This document shows positions 9,339 through 20,058 of a DNA stretch of 53,865 bases, piece after piece. This DNA is from a virus (Duplodnaviria; Caudoviricetes). Under the pieces are notes generated by a model. The model was not told where the DNA came from. It ran no database searches and saw nothing but the letters and a program-made list of their open reading frames with translations. The stretch spans positions 1-53,865 of the IMG/VR virus record IMGVR_UViG_3300033513_000009; one strand, written 5' to 3'. Every line of letters starts with the position of its first letter. Position 1 is the stretch's first letter. A program made the position numbers and the translations under genes.

Positions 9339-11254
9339 TAGAATCCTCCGAAGTTTTTATAAAAATAAATATTTTTTGAGCTTTGTAAATTTGTATAATC
9401 AGCATTTTGTGCGGTTGTCAAATGGTAGTACTCATTTACCGCTCCACCTTGTAAACCCGATAAAGCATTGTGGTCTGCCGGTGAAGATGTTACAATCATT
9501 GTAGTGAAAGCACTTGAAATATCCACAAAACTCAAGCCATTTCTCTGGATGATAACACGACCAACCAGCATACCGTGACTTGTAATTTCCGCTGGTAGTG
9601 TAGCTGGTAATGTAGAAGCTTGTGCTGCATTAAGTGTGGCATATACTGCCTGTCCGTAAACTACCACTATATGGTTATCAGTTGACGCATAGACCCAATG
9701 AACACCATACTGCCCCACAGGGACATTAGCAAGCGTACCAGTGCCGTCATCATAGTGCTGATTCTCTATTTGGGTTTGTCCCGATACGTCTGTCCACCCA
9801 CCTGTTCCATTGCGGTATGTGTAGAAGAATGTCCCACCAGTACTACTATCAAAAGCATTAGTAAGGATTGCATTATTCCCATACCAGAATTTACCCGCTG
9901 TTAAAGCAATATTCCTTGTTCCTGTAGCGGAAATCATTGCCCCAGAAGCGTGCATCCTTCCAAAAGTTTCTTCAAGAGCTTGTGATATTAGATGGGAACG
10001 ACCTGAAACTAAATCCCTGAAGGAGTTGTTTATATGTATAGTAGTTCCGTCCCTATAAACAGCCCCGATTAATAGATTGGTATTTAGGTCGGTAGGAGCA
10101 GTGGTTGATGATGTTACAATTGGAGTACCAGCATTATAAGAAATGTAAACATAGTTTATGACATTACCGCCAGCGCTATCTGTCATTAGAATACCAGAAG
10201 TTAAACCAATATCAATTGGGTAGACTGGGGAAGTATCATCATTCAGGGCGCGAATATATGCACTCCCCGCCGATATATCTATCTTGCCAGCGCCAGCAGG
10301 AGCATTTTCTGTTATGGTGAAGCCAGTTATCAAACCACCATCACCATTAATTGACATATAATCTTGTAGGGCTTTATAAGTAGGTCTAGGTTGACTTGCT
10401 AAAACAGGAAGCAGTATTCCTGTACTGATAGTTCCAATGATGTCAATTGTTGTACCATCACCATAAAGTAATACATGTCCAATTGGAATCAGTAGGGGGG
10501 CTCCTGCTGCATATTTTACACTTAGCCCGAAACCAGCACCTGTGGTTAGATTATCAATTGCAAATAATTGTGGAATAGTAGGGATAATCAAATTTCTATT
10601 TCCCGTTAAAGCACCCGAAACTACAAATTCAAAATTATGAAATTGTCCCGTAGTCAGCGTCACATCGGCAGTGGTAACAGTTACTGCTAATTTTGTGCGC
10701 GGTTGTTTTTCGTTAATAACATCGGACATTGCTGGCTTTGTATAACCAGCATAAACAGTACTAGCTATAGTATTAGCAAAATCTTCACCGCTAAAAAGGA
10801 AAACACGCAAGTCGGTGTAATTTGTGGTAAAAACTGTTCCACTCCATCCAATAGAATGAATGGTTGTTACCAATGCAGAGGTACTGATACTTGGAATACC
10901 AGAAGCCTGTACATAAATATAATATGTTCCTGCTGCTTGTCCTGCGAAATTCAAAACAGTAGAGCTGGCTGTTGTAACAAATGAATTTGTATTCATCGCA
11001 TAACCAGACCCAATAGTTATGGTTGTTCCACCTATAGTACCCCCCGTTGTTACAGAGTAACTATTTCTTCCAATAACGCCATTCCTATCGAATATTCGAA
11101 GTGGAAGAGTGGCATTAGCTCCTTGTTGAGCAGAGATAATGTCGGCTATTCGGTCGAACTCGGTTTTTATATTAAGGAAATTGGTGTCAATTTCGCTAAT
11201 ATAGGTTGTTCCCGTTTTGGTTATTGATGTTGTTAATACAATTGGTGAAGGCAT
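9338..11254 (-). CDS. Tail fibre/baseplate-attached protein
   Basis: 638 aa T/G-rich; C-terminal HNALSGLQGG..YYHLT fibre motif. Confidence 0.7.
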   Translation of the reverse strand: MPSPIVLTTSITKTGTTYISEIDTNFLNIKTEFDRIADIISAQQGANATLPLRIFDRNGVIGRNSYSVTTGGTIGGTTITIGSGYAMNTNSFVTTASSTVLNFAGQAAGTYYIYVQASGIPSISTSALVTTIHSIGWSGTVFTTNYTDLRVFLFSGEDFANTIASTVYAGYTKPAMSDVINEKQPRTKLAVTVTTADVTLTTGQFHNFEFVVSGALTGNRNLIIPTIPQLFAIDNLTTGAGFGLSVKYAAGAPLLIPIGHVLLYGDGTTIDIIGTISTGILLPVLASQPRPTYKALQDYMSINGDGGLITGFTITENAPAGAGKIDISAGSAYIRALNDDTSPVYPIDIGLTSGILMTDSAGGNVINYVYISYNAGTPIVTSSTTAPTDLNTNLLIGAVYRDGTTIHINNSFRDLVSGRSHLISQALEETFGRMHASGAMISATGTRNIALTAGKFWYGNNAILTNAFDSSTGGTFFYTYRNGTGGWTDVSGQTQIENQHYDDGTGTLANVPVGQYGVHWVYASTDNHIVVVYGQAVYATLNAAQASTLPATLPAEITSHGMLVGRVIIQRNGLSFVDISSAFTTMIVTSSPADHNALSGLQGGAVNEYYHLTTAQNADYTNLQSSKNIYFYKNFGGF

Positions 11255-11281
11255 AACTTAATTATAGATTAGAAACAGCAT

Positions 11282-11797
11282 TTAAATGTAAACCCTATTT
11301 CCGAATTTATCATAAATATAGTGAGCCCCCCAAACATCTGAGCCGTATTGGAATTGGTTGGCACCGCCCTGCGCATCCCAATTGGCTGGTACCGAAGTGA
11401 AACCCAGATTACCAGAGGAAATATAACTCCCCTTTCTGTAAACCTTGATAGTTCCATTCGCTACCACTGTATTGATAATGCCAGTTACCTCCCATCGCCC
11501 ACTTGCTACCTTCTCTACAATAACCGTTTCGTCCTTTCTGGCGTGCCATCTCATACTACTAAAATCGCGCAACGGAACATCTACAAGTATTTCATTGTTT
11601 GAGACTCCATTTATCTTAACATCTACCCCATAGTAATACAAAGATTGTGTATTGGTTGTTTGGCGGACTCCATTGGAATCAATGTATGTAGTCTGCGAAG
11701 ATGCCGCCGGATAAACCCTTTTGACATCACCTAGAATTTGCCCTATTTTTCGATTAGGGTTGACCTGAGTAGTTACTCCAACTGTAATGCTATTCAT
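11282..11797 (-). CDS. Tail tip protein (possible OB-fold)
   Basis: Position after the hub-like gene; beta-rich. Confidence 0.45.
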   Translation of the reverse strand: MNSITVGVTTQVNPNRKIGQILGDVKRVYPAASSQTTYIDSNGVRQTTNTQSLYYYGVDVKINGVSNNEILVDVPLRDFSSMRWHARKDETVIVEKVASGRWEVTGIINTVVANGTIKVYRKGSYISSGNLGFTSVPANWDAQGGANQFQYGSDVWGAHYIYDKFGNRVYI

Positions 11798-12398
11798 GTA
11801 ATCTTTTCAAAATATTCACAATTCGGTCTAATTTCCCGACAAGGGATTCAACCCTGTCAAAATTCAATCTGTCATCCACGATAAGATTTTTACCCCCAAA
11901 ACTCTTGCTACGCTCCGCCATGGGATAATGGTCAGAAACCCTTATTTTGTCTCCCGTCATTGGATTGGAATAATATTCACTGAAAATTCTGTAGGTAGGG
12001 TTCTCTTGCCCACCTTCTTTTCCATACCCCTTACTTTCCAGATAATCAATAATTGCTTTGCGTTTATATCCTGCTTGAAATATTTTATCGGGAGACTGAG
12101 TCTTAACTTCAGATGGGGGATTTTTTGTTTCCATCATATATTCACTGCGTCTCTCCCTTAAGTAAAGACTGCGTAAATGTGCGAATTTAGCTTCATCTGT
12201 TTTTAGTTCCAAATGATTATCTAAAGCATGTGGGTATCTCCCTCTTAACACATCATAAATATCCTTATTATGCGTGAGAGACATGTAGCGAATATCATCA
12301 GGCGTTGCTACCTGTAGTTTTTTCTCACTTGCCTCCTTTGCCCCTGCCACATGTGGATTTGTGGGGTTATCATGGTACCATCCTCTTCCTTTATTCAT
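11790..12398 (-). CDS. Inserted hypothetical with leader-like motifs
   Basis: N-terminal MNK-GRGWYHD and C-terminal KLDRIVNILK; own -10 box; charged composition unlike the flanking tail genes. Confidence 0.65.
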   Translation of the reverse strand: MNKGRGWYHDNPTNPHVAGAKEASEKKLQVATPDDIRYMSLTHNKDIYDVLRGRYPHALDNHLELKTDEAKFAHLRSLYLRERRSEYMMETKNPPSEVKTQSPDKIFQAGYKRKAIIDYLESKGYGKEGGQENPTYRIFSEYYSNPMTGDKIRVSDHYPMAERSKSFGGKNLIVDDRLNFDRVESLVGKLDRIVNILKRLHE

Positions 12399-12432
12399 AT
12401 TGTAATTATAATACTAAAACAAAAATTAAATC

Positions 12433-14430
12433 TTAATTTACCATAAAACAGTTAAGGGACATATTAGAAGAGACACCCCTTTCGAAATTATATTGGACGC
12501 TATTAACGACATATCGTCTTCCATCAACCAGTGTTATCATATCACATGGCTCTATCGCCAAATCATAAAGCATGGTGAGATTTCTAGGTTTTGCCTTAAC
12601 TAGTTCCCTAAAATACTCCCTTTCTGCTATCATATCTGCTTCTACTTGTGAATTTATCATCTGGTTATCTATTTGAAGAACCTTTTCTCTCCATAAAGGA
12701 ATCCCATCCTCAATAACCTCACTCCTTATTTCAGTATGGCAAAGCTCAAACAAATCACCAACTACAGTATAGGAAGGATTATATTGTTGAGAAAAGATGG
12801 TATTTACCGCAGCGTTGAATGCCGTTGCTAAAGGGGCTTCTCCAAGCCATGACCCCCCTCCTGTCACCACCGTCGAACCGCCTATAATTGCTATACCTGC
12901 TTGATAAATAGCATAAGCCGCAATTAGCTTCCCTATATTTTCATTAGCGTGGTCATTTTGGACGTATAATGTAGCCCCGAATTCTGTTGCGTTATTTAAT
13001 GTGGCATGTATCCATGTATCCCCTCCTCCGCTTACTGAAATATTTTTTGCCCTCTTTGTCCCATCAGGAGACCATTTTAGTGGTAGAGAATATTGTCCCT
13101 GAAATGCCGAGAAATGAACATCAGCAGTAGCGAGCACCACTTTAGGATGAATCACCTCCGTCAATAGGCTATCCAACCCCGTTACAATTATTCTATTAGA
13201 AGGATTATATGAAGAACCGGGTATGGAAACCGTTATCCACTGACTATCATCAGTGTATTCCCTATTAGAAGCCCTATTCACAATATTGAGGTCATATTCC
13301 CTTAAAATCCCATTACCCCGAAATTTAGGTATTTTATTTACAACTTCCAGACATTTTGAAAGAACAATTGTTGGGCTCTCGTCAATAAACTGCACTGGCA
13401 TTCCCAATACTTTTCCATTATCAAGAAATTCATATTCCCCTGTAGTCATCCCTAGATAAGTCCTTGCAAAATCATTCAAAACATCAACCATTCTGCTATT
13501 AGCTACATATTGTTTTGTGGAAAATTTAGCATTATTTAATACGAAAAGCCTATCCTGAAGATTTATTGCTACTTGGGGGATAGCTTCCCTAGTTTCGGTA
13601 TAACTAGGTTGTCCTGAAATATAACCAACAAATTTTCTCACCCACGACGTAGCCTTTATATCACTAATATCTATTGTCACCACTTGATAGTTTTGAAGAT
13701 ATTTTGAATTAGCCCCAAAATCAGGATGTAAAGAATAGGTATCATCTGTCAAGACGACAGAAGCCGAACTGGAAACTAGCCCCATATTATCAGAGATATT
13801 AACCCTTTTCACCATGCTCGTCACATCATATGGGGTTTGCAACGAAGTTCCCATAACTATTTCAGTTATGGTATCCGTTCTCGTTCTACTCAATAAAATA
13901 GTTCCCGTCGCTGAAGCCAGCGGCGCGGGAATAATATATGTAAATGAGGTAGAATTAGGAACTCCGTTAATTAAAAGATGCCCATTATATCCCGAAGGAG
14001 TTGCACCGCTAATATCAACATAATCACCACGCAGAAAACCATGTGCAGTAGTTGTTGTTACGGTTGCTATAGCACTTAGGGTAGCGGTTGTGATGGTCGC
14101 TGGAGTTGTGAGCCCTCCCACAACAGTATAGGTGAACTGAGTTGTGCTAGGTACCGATGTTATTTGCACATGCCCATTGTATCCTGAAGGGGTAACACCA
14201 GAAATATCAACATAATCACCAGTAGAAAAACCATGTGCCGCAACTGTGGTTAGAGTTGCAACAGTCGAGGTACTTACAAGGCTACTAATAGTATTTGTCG
14301 TGCTAACAATACCAGATACAGTCCTGCTAACAGTGTAATCATTGATGGCATCCCACATCCAAACCCTTAATGTGGGATTGCGCTCATTTGAGAGCATAAT
14401 TGCCTCTAAATCAGATGGAAGTGTAATCAT
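12433..14430 (-). CDS. Baseplate hub/Tal-like tail protein
   Basis: 665 aa; C-terminal DLAIEPCDMITL..YVVNSV hub-like motif; two AHGF..GDYVDISG.TPSGYNG repeats. Confidence 0.7.
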   Translation of the reverse strand: MITLPSDLEAIMLSNERNPTLRVWMWDAINDYTVSRTVSGIVSTTNTISSLVSTSTVATLTTVAAHGFSTGDYVDISGVTPSGYNGHVQITSVPSTTQFTYTVVGGLTTPATITTATLSAIATVTTTTAHGFLRGDYVDISGATPSGYNGHLLINGVPNSTSFTYIIPAPLASATGTILLSRTRTDTITEIVMGTSLQTPYDVTSMVKRVNISDNMGLVSSSASVVLTDDTYSLHPDFGANSKYLQNYQVVTIDISDIKATSWVRKFVGYISGQPSYTETREAIPQVAINLQDRLFVLNNAKFSTKQYVANSRMVDVLNDFARTYLGMTTGEYEFLDNGKVLGMPVQFIDESPTIVLSKCLEVVNKIPKFRGNGILREYDLNIVNRASNREYTDDSQWITVSIPGSSYNPSNRIIVTGLDSLLTEVIHPKVVLATADVHFSAFQGQYSLPLKWSPDGTKRAKNISVSGGGDTWIHATLNNATEFGATLYVQNDHANENIGKLIAAYAIYQAGIAIIGGSTVVTGGGSWLGEAPLATAFNAAVNTIFSQQYNPSYTVVGDLFELCHTEIRSEVIEDGIPLWREKVLQIDNQMINSQVEADMIAEREYFRELVKAKPRNLTMLYDLAIEPCDMITLVDGRRYVVNSVQYNFERGVSSNMSLNCFMVN

Positions 14431-15176
14431 TAATTTACTATCTTTAATTTCATTGTTAATGTAGCATCCTTTATAACCGTTCCTGCTGGATATGTATTAA
14501 TATTCAGCTCTTTACTACCCGTGCTCAAGTCAATTATTTTCACGTTATATACCGTAGCATTCTTATCGCGTGGCTCCCACTGAATATATTCCCCTGCCAC
14601 GGTTGGGGGATTTAGGTAATAATTATAAAGAGCCCTAAATAATTCAACAGTCGGATTCTGCCAAGTTTCGGTAATAATAATATCTGCTTTCACTTTGTTC
14701 CAAGAAAAAGTTGGATGTCCTCCATAAGTCTTTTCATGAGCATAATCTATCTGATATAATATGTCATTATCCAGATTAGTTGTTTTGTGGGGATTGGAGC
14801 TATATATATATGGGACTAGCATATTGTGGGGATATGACAATCTCCTGTATGCACCCACTGTTCCTACGGTATTTATTGGGTAAAGCCCGAAAGTAGACGT
14901 GAAACTAATAGGAGTAGGTGCTATACCCGAAGGTGCCTCTAATATCGAAATTCCAATGTCATACACCGTCGTTGTTGAAACATCAGGCGTTAATACCCCC
15001 GCTATCGTATAAGTAAAACTGGTTTCCGAAACTATAGAAGCTACTCTATAGTAACCATTATATCCTGTCGGATTTGCATTACTCACGACAATGGTACTAC
15101 CTACCGCTAACTCGTGGTGAGCTGAAGTTACGGCAGTGGCTGTAGTTCCGACCGAAGTTAAAGAGGTTATTCTCAT
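14430..15176 (-). CDS. Distal tail-like protein with decoration repeat
   Basis: Position downstream of the TMP; N-terminal AHHEL.VG..NPTGYNG..TSFTY repeat. Confidence 0.55.
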   Translation of the reverse strand: MRITSLTSVGTTATAVTSAHHELAVGSTIVVSNANPTGYNGYYRVASIVSETSFTYTIAGVLTPDVSTTTVYDIGISILEAPSGIAPTPISFTSTFGLYPINTVGTVGAYRRLSYPHNMLVPYIYSSNPHKTTNLDNDILYQIDYAHEKTYGGHPTFSWNKVKADIIITETWQNPTVELFRALYNYYLNPPTVAGEYIQWEPRDKNATVYNVKIIDLSTGSKELNINTYPAGTVIKDATLTMKLKIVN

Positions 15177-16213
15177 TGTGTATGTGTTATAGTTATGGTA
15201 TCAGGATTAACGGTAGTGGTACTACACAAATAAGTAAAATAAGCATAACCGTTTACATCTGTTATTAAACTCAATGTGGTATTTGTTTGTAATGCAATAT
15301 TTAAATTAGCTCCCAACTTAGAGAGTTCGCTTAAGGGGGAAATTGTTAGCAATCCATTAGGAGTTCCCCCCCCCGAAGCGGTTAGAACTACAGTCAGAGG
15401 CTTAAATGGCACCCCTACCCCACTAGTATCAGCTAATTGAACCGTTGCATTTGCCCCCCCACCCTGTAGTCGGGGTCTGTCCCATGCTAGATTTATGCTT
15501 GTTGCAACAGGGGTCGCGGGAACGAAATCATATACATCCCCATTTAAGGTGCTGCCGAATTGCCTATACACATTTCTATCTGTATCCCATGCAAACCATC
15601 TAACTGTGGTATTCTGATTCGCTGTAGATAGTGATTGTTGCGAAAGCTTTCCATAATATATGGGTCGATTAGTTGCTGAACCATCAAAAATAGCATAACT
15701 ATCAAAATCCTTAACATTCAAAGTCCAACCCGACTGATTAAGAGTTGCGTTCATGTCGTGGGATGGAAGAAAACTATAGGTCGATAATATAGCACCCGTC
15801 AAACCGTTTAACTTCACCAAAACGCTAGAATTATTATGCACATAAATCTCATTAGTCGCTTCATTTACGAAAAAATTACCACCCGTATTATAACTGGAAG
15901 AAGTTATGGAGTATATGGCACTGCCAGTAGGATAGAGAGAATAATCCCTTCTAAAAATCGACCAAACACCTCCAGATTGGGTTGCTAAGTACATTTGTTC
16001 AGCTCCGGTGGCTAGTTTGCCATATCCCAGATTACTGAGACCCGTTGGCATACCAGTTACTGAGGCAATTGTTCCACCGAGCGACATTAAATAGGCAGTA
16101 GTACCAGCAAACCATGTAAAGCTCTTCCTGTTTGGAATATACAAGAGGCTAACAAATAAAGGATTTGTTATGACCCCTGTATTGATTGGTGGATTTTGAA
16201 CTAATTGTAACAT
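15173..16213 (-). CDS. Tail protein with C-terminal Ig-like region
   Basis: Immediately follows the TMP; ATVQLAD..G.GV and ITDVNGYAYFTY Ig-like motifs. Confidence 0.55.
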   Translation of the reverse strand: MLQLVQNPPINTGVITNPLFVSLLYIPNRKSFTWFAGTTAYLMSLGGTIASVTGMPTGLSNLGYGKLATGAEQMYLATQSGGVWSIFRRDYSLYPTGSAIYSITSSSYNTGGNFFVNEATNEIYVHNNSSVLVKLNGLTGAILSTYSFLPSHDMNATLNQSGWTLNVKDFDSYAIFDGSATNRPIYYGKLSQQSLSTANQNTTVRWFAWDTDRNVYRQFGSTLNGDVYDFVPATPVATSINLAWDRPRLQGGGANATVQLADTSGVGVPFKPLTVVLTASGGGTPNGLLTISPLSELSKLGANLNIALQTNTTLSLITDVNGYAYFTYLCSTTTVNPDTITITHTQ

Positions 16214-19131
16214 TATCTATTCCCGTAAGCTTTAATATCATAACTTAATCTTGAAGTATTTTCGCGTATTTCACGTAGAATACTATTTGTCTCATGGAGC
16301 GCATCTTTCAAGGAAGCGCCTATTTGAGCTATAGGCACCTGAATATCACCCGCAACAATACCCCTCACTTGTTGAGTTGAGGTTATTGCACTTGGAACAT
16401 TTGCAAACCCAGTCTGTTGCCCTGTGGCAGGTGAAAGAATCGCATTTGCTAAACCCGACCCAATAAAATTCAAAGTATCTTGACTTATTCCCAATGTTTT
16501 GCTAAGATTAAAATCCTTCCCGAAAATCGCATCACCGATACCGCCTAATGTATTATCCCCCAATCCCTTAATCATTTTGGCAACATCATTGGAACTTTTT
16601 GCCATTCCCTCCGAGAAGCTTTGACTAGTAATTGCTCTCAGTGAATCGCCAAATGACTTAAAGAATTGCCCTCCCCTTAAGGAGTCAATCATCCCTTTCT
16701 GTATGCCTTCTGTGACAGTAGCGGACATTTTATTTTGTGCTATATCGTTCCAAGCTTTTTCCGCCTCTTCCATTGTCATGCCTTCCTGAACCCGTTGTCC
16801 AATAAAGCCCCATTTAGAAGCTTCTTTTTGGCGTATCATCATGTCGGTTTGTGTCATTCCAGCCATAGCAACTTTCTCTTCCAGTGCTAGTCTCGCTTCG
16901 GTAGTCGCGAAACTTTCTTTATCAAGCAATAACTGCTGTTGTTTGTCCCTTAATATCTTAGCATTTTCAATAGCCTCGTTACGTTTTTGTTCATTGACAA
17001 TATCTCCAGCCTTAATAATATCCGCCATGTAGTCTTTATCAATTTTTCGCATAACTGTCGTTATAGCATCTTCTTTTTCAAGACCAGCTAATTTATCTTT
17101 TGATAACTGAAGCAACTTATCATCAACAGAGGTGTACTTATCATCTATCATTTTTTTCTTGAGCTCGTATTCGGCGTCAATCAAATCCATCGCCTTGGTA
17201 GCTTCGGCGGTATTCATCTGCCCTTTTGCCACCATCTCGGTCATCTTGTTTAGTTTATCAGCTCGTTCATTTCCCAGAGAAACTATTTCCTTTTGATATT
17301 TTTCCTCTATGCCCAAAAGGTCATTTTTTTCCTTTAGTTTCATTAGTTCTTTTTCAAGGCTAGTAAGATAATTCTCTTTTAGTTTTGCTAATTGTTGAGC
17401 ATGTTTTGCGGCTTTGGCATTAGCGGTATCGGGGGTTTCGGCACCGCCTCCAGTTTGCTTATTTTTCAGTGCCTTAAGTGAGGCTAGTTTTGTTCTTGTT
17501 TTGAAATCAGCTATCTCGCCCTCTGTTCCCAGAAAATCAGCCATAACATTCCCAGCCTTCTTTTGGGCTTCCTCAAACTTAGCCAAATCCTCTCCCTTAT
17601 CCCATTTCATCTTAATGTCAATCATGGATTTCTTGCCGGATATGACATCAAGAACATCCCCAATGCGAGTTCCCATAAAGGTTATTCCCGCTGTAGCTTC
17701 GCTGAACATAGCTTTCAATAAATTAAGAGTATTTTTTATCCTAATTCCCCATGCCCCAATCGTTATTATGACATAATTAACAACTTTCCCAACAGTCTGC
17801 CCCCATTCCTTAATACCTTCACCGTTTCCCATGAAAGTTTTCATGAGTTCATCCAGTACAGGAATAACGGTTGCGCCTATTTGCGTAGAGAATCCCTGCA
17901 TTCTTTGTTGTAAATTGCTCATCAGGATATTATGTTGCTCAATAGCTTCCAACTGCCCCTTGGTTAATTGCAATCCAAATCTTTCTGCCGAAGCCGTGGC
18001 ACTATCCCAAGCATTTTTATTCATGGTTAGAACCTTACCCAGTGTAACACCACTACGTCCAAATAACTGTGTTAAAAGCCTTGTTCTCTCTAGTCCGGGC
18101 TCCATTTTTGAGAGCGCTTCCCTTGCTTCAGTAAAAACAGCATACGAGGATTTAATATGACCGTTGGCATCCTTAACTTCTACACCCAATTTTTTGAATG
18201 CCGCCGCTTGTTTTCCTGCACCAGTACCAGCTTGACTTACTGCATTGGAAAATGTTCTAAATGCAGGGGTTATCTGCCCTATATCCTTACCCTGAGTTCG
18301 GAAGGCATTTGCCAAATCCTGAGTTTGCTTTTCTGTGAATCCCGTCATTAACTGAACATTCTCAAGTTGATTCTGATACTTTTCCGCCTCCTCAACACCC
18401 TTCGCCGCCGCTGCCGTTACCGTTGTCAGAGCACCCGCTAATCCCATCAAAACCGGCCCTCCAACCCTCGATACTGCCATAAGTTTTTCCGCCATCGGAA
18501 TTTTGCCACTAATTTTAGCTCCCTCTTCAGCTAATTGCGGTACCGTAGTTTTCATTATCTTACGGCGTTCAGTAAGTATTTTGTTTTGAGCATGGTGCTC
18601 GGCAGAGATAGCCATGAGCTTCTCTTTGATATTTTGAAGCTCTCGTTCCTCTTTCTTTAATTCATCAACATTGACAATAAGTTGACTTCCGATAGATTTT
18701 ACTTTCGATTGTTGTTGGGCATAAAGAGAATATGTTCCCTTGACTTCAGCACGAAGGTTTTTAACGATAACGTCCTGTTGGACTACTTCATGGTTGATTT
18801 TCCCAATAGTTTCCTGTATTTCGGCATATTTATTTTTCAACCCCTGTGCACTCAGGACTTGTTTATTGGTAGCTTCTCCAACCAATGCTTTTGATTTTTC
18901 TGCTAACTGGGTAATAACGTCAAAAACCTCCCCCCTCCCTAGACTTTTGACAAAAGATTTTCCTTCGCCAGTAAGAGCCCTCATGGTTTTAAGTAGCCCT
19001 TCTGCCTGAACATGTTTGTCCATCTTGCCTTCATCTTGTAGCACTTTCATGATTTGTGCTACACTGGCAATAAACTGCTCTGAGTCTAGTGAGGCTTTGA
19101 CATTTAAGCCAACTTCTATGTTATTGTCCAT
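16213..19131 (-). CDS. Tape measure protein
   Basis: 972 aa helical, A/K/E-rich, FKKLGV..QLFGRSG TMP core; follows the chaperone. Confidence 0.9.
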   Translation of the reverse strand: MDNNIEVGLNVKASLDSEQFIASVAQIMKVLQDEGKMDKHVQAEGLLKTMRALTGEGKSFVKSLGRGEVFDVITQLAEKSKALVGEATNKQVLSAQGLKNKYAEIQETIGKINHEVVQQDVIVKNLRAEVKGTYSLYAQQQSKVKSIGSQLIVNVDELKKEERELQNIKEKLMAISAEHHAQNKILTERRKIMKTTVPQLAEEGAKISGKIPMAEKLMAVSRVGGPVLMGLAGALTTVTAAAAKGVEEAEKYQNQLENVQLMTGFTEKQTQDLANAFRTQGKDIGQITPAFRTFSNAVSQAGTGAGKQAAAFKKLGVEVKDANGHIKSSYAVFTEAREALSKMEPGLERTRLLTQLFGRSGVTLGKVLTMNKNAWDSATASAERFGLQLTKGQLEAIEQHNILMSNLQQRMQGFSTQIGATVIPVLDELMKTFMGNGEGIKEWGQTVGKVVNYVIITIGAWGIRIKNTLNLLKAMFSEATAGITFMGTRIGDVLDVISGKKSMIDIKMKWDKGEDLAKFEEAQKKAGNVMADFLGTEGEIADFKTRTKLASLKALKNKQTGGGAETPDTANAKAAKHAQQLAKLKENYLTSLEKELMKLKEKNDLLGIEEKYQKEIVSLGNERADKLNKMTEMVAKGQMNTAEATKAMDLIDAEYELKKKMIDDKYTSVDDKLLQLSKDKLAGLEKEDAITTVMRKIDKDYMADIIKAGDIVNEQKRNEAIENAKILRDKQQQLLLDKESFATTEARLALEEKVAMAGMTQTDMMIRQKEASKWGFIGQRVQEGMTMEEAEKAWNDIAQNKMSATVTEGIQKGMIDSLRGGQFFKSFGDSLRAITSQSFSEGMAKSSNDVAKMIKGLGDNTLGGIGDAIFGKDFNLSKTLGISQDTLNFIGSGLANAILSPATGQQTGFANVPSAITSTQQVRGIVAGDIQVPIAQIGASLKDALHETNSILREIRENTSRLSYDIKAYGNR

Positions 19132-19449
19132 CCTTTAGTAAATCTTCAATTAATTTATTTTTCTTTTCGTCTTTTTTAGCTTTATATTTAGCATGTACTT
19201 CATCAGCACTATCTTCAATCCCATTAGCCTGTCTCTCAACCCTCGCTAAACCATCTCCCACTGCCTGTAGCCAATCCAGAGGCTGATTAATTACATAATC
19301 AAGTGTCCAGCCCGTGATTTTACAGATACTTAAGAGTCCTGTGAGACTATCCCCGTCAGCTCCTTCTCCCTCAGTGACTGTATCAGGTTCTCCATCTCGT
19401 CGTAAGCCTCCTCCGTCATTCCCAGAGCCTTGATGTAGTATTTTTTTTT
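19121..19449 (-). CDS. Tail assembly chaperone -1 frameshift extension (gpGT-like)
   Basis: The -1 frame is open from the A9 run (19449-19441) to TAA 19123-19121: ..LSICKITGWTLDYVINQPLDWL.. Confidence 0.75.
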
Positions 19450-19758
19450 ATTGTCACCCATATTTAATGATTCCCTGCTCCTTGCAAGAATATCCATTGC
19501 GGTATCCCAATCCATCTTCTCGTACCATGATAGAATAGGGTCATTAAATATAATGCAAAATAATTGCCTCTGGTCTTCTTCCGACCATTCAACTATGTCC
19601 AGCGCTGAAGCATATTTCCCGCCAAGCCTGTTCCATCGCATAATTTGTTGAAATGTTAAGCTTGGTTTTAGTATTGGGGTAGCTATTACATTGCCTTCTT
19701 CGTCCTTTATTTCATAGGCGATTGGCTCTTTTGGTATAATTTTTTCTATTTCTGACAT
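19330..19758 (-). CDS. Tail assembly chaperone (gpG-like)
   Basis: Upstream of the TMP; contains slippery AAT AAA AAA AAA TAC. Confidence 0.8.
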   Translation of the reverse strand: MSEIEKIIPKEPIAYEIKDEEGNVIATPILKPSLTFQQIMRWNRLGGKYASALDIVEWSEEDQRQLFCIIFNDPILSWYEKMDWDTAMDILARSRESLNMGDNKKKYYIKALGMTEEAYDEMENLIQSLREKELTGIVSQDS

Positions 19759-19810
19759 ATAAATTCTCCTATTAGTATATTAACATAAAAACAGGAGTTA
19801 AATAATAAAA

Positions 19811-19832
19811 AAGCATCCAGTGAAGGATGCTT
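19811..19832 (-). terminator. Intrinsic terminator
   Basis: AAGCATCC/GGATGCTT stem followed by a T-tract on the minus strand. Confidence 0.7.
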
Positions 19833-20058
19833 ACCAAATAAATAAAGTTGCTATGATACCACCGATAATTGTCCATGTGGTATCCCATCCATCAAAAATA
19901 TGCCGCTTGGGATAGTGATAGTCATATAGTTCCTTCCCTAATCCGAGTAAAACAGCAGAAAGAAGCCCTATCTGTGGAGCTATCAGAAGCCCCACCAAAA
20001 GAGCGATTAAAAAACCAAATACAAAATGCCAGATTTTATCATATTGGAAGATTTTCAT
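19831..20058 (-). CDS. Small VanZ-like membrane protein
   Basis: DKIWHF, GKELYD, D..WT..GG pattern with TM segments. Confidence 0.6.
   Translation of the reverse strand: MKIFQYDKIWHFVFGFLIALLVGLLIAPQIGLLSAVLLGLGKELYDYHYPKRHIFDGWDTTWTIIGGIIATLFIW

Noticed and set aside
6938-11254. Diversity-generating retroelement or invertible fibre cassette
   Set aside because: No reverse transcriptase, invertase or TR/VR pair seen in the window
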